A stretch of 64,000 nt of DNA, from contig OZ024752.1 in assembly GCA_964016885.1 (NCBI GenBank), positions 4,278,001-4,342,000 of the forward strand, in the 5' to 3' direction. The stretch is from Eledone cirrhosa (lineage: Eukaryota). Under the pieces are notes generated by a model, which was given only the letters and a program-made list of their open reading frames with translations, was not told where the DNA came from and did no database searches. The translations under genes and the position numbers were made by a program. Position 1 is the stretch's first letter. Each line of letters begins with the position of its first letter. Positions 63,060-64,000 of the stretch are shown piece after piece.

Positions 63060-63556
63060 ATCATCATCATCATCAACGTTTAACGTCCGTGTTCCACGCT
63101 TGCATGGGTTTGGACGGGGCTTTTCCCACTTGAGGCAAGAGTGGTTGTCTTGCTCGCATAGGACTGTCTGGCGGGTTTTCTACAGTTGGATGCCCTTCCT
63201 AACACCAACCACATTTACAGTGTGGGTCTGGGAGGTTTTTACCGTGTTGCCTACACGGCCACATTACAGCGTGGACTGTGTGTTTTTTTGTCGTGACACC
63301 TACACGATCTCATTTGTTTCGGCCTGGATGGCGCGGCACCAACATAACTTTACATAGAATGGGGTGGTGTGGATGGGGTGGGGGTGGTGGGACGGGGTGT
63401 ATTTTGTTAGAGATGCCTACTGGCTGGAGTAGGTTTTACTATATATTTAGGTAAGGCGGGTCTTCTCTGTTACTGAGTACCGCCAAAGGTCTCGGTCCAG
63501 TGACATTGTCTTGGAGAGGTGTAAGTGTGTGATGTCGGAGTTTATCAGCTCGTCCC

Positions 63557-63557
<1 letters not shown>
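63060..63557 (-). mobile_element. RTE LINE 3' fragment
   Basis: [27 protein letters not shown], 3'UTR and (GAT)n tail; TA flanks. Confidence 0.92.
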
Positions 63558-63606
<49 letters not shown>

Positions 63607-63645
63607 ATATATATATATATGTGTATATATATATATATATAAATG

Positions 63646-63721
<76 letters not shown>

Positions 63722-63731
63722 GATATACATA

Positions 63732-63779
<48 letters not shown>

Positions 63780-63790
63780 TATATATATAG

Positions 63791-63823
<33 letters not shown>

Positions 63824-63836
63824 GATATATATATAG

Positions 63837-63899
<63 letters not shown>

Positions 63900-63921
63900 T
63901 ATACATATATATATATATATA

Positions 63922-64000
63922 TGTAGGAGGTGAGTTTTATTGTAGTACAATAAAGCAATGCAAATATCGGATAAGAAGCACTCTACAGTTTGTAGGACTG
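63922..64000 (-). mobile_element. (TA)n-abutting element tail with GAGTGCT motif (runs off the window)
   Basis: Reverse match to 28810-28863; tagagtgcttc at 63975-63985 on the minus strand. Confidence 0.55.

Overview
A repeat-saturated eukaryotic window, most likely intergenic or intronic. The mix of tRNA-SINEs, RTE LINEs with (GAT)n tails and long (TA)n tracts suggests an octopod or other coleoid cephalopod; this is an inference. No host gene can be confidently called, and nearly all long ORFs in the track are artefacts of micro- and minisatellites. Mobile elements present: many RTE-clade LINE copies (one with an uninterrupted 541-aa RT carrying an inserted PHD-like Cys/His finger), a Tx1/L1-clade 3' fragment inside (TATC)n, CR1 fragments, several tRNA-SINE families, three hAT MITEs with 8-bp TSDs, TTAA/piggyBac-type MITEs, a non-autonomous Helitron and a decayed hAT transposase. 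Large tandem arrays have 26-, 42-, 54-, 61-, 72- and 73-bp units. The most striking signal is a set of short sequence islands embedded in (TA)n tracts. They carry about 14 complete, variant or half type-I hammerhead ribozyme motifs from several unrelated sequence families, most with a palindromic helix-III loop. They often sit in long fold-back palindromes and share a downstream (T)TGAGT(G/A)CT motif. This fits a diverse population of (TA)n-targeting Penelope-like pseudo-LTR or retrozyme-like ribozyme retroelements. All structures were read by eye; no folding or database search was run.
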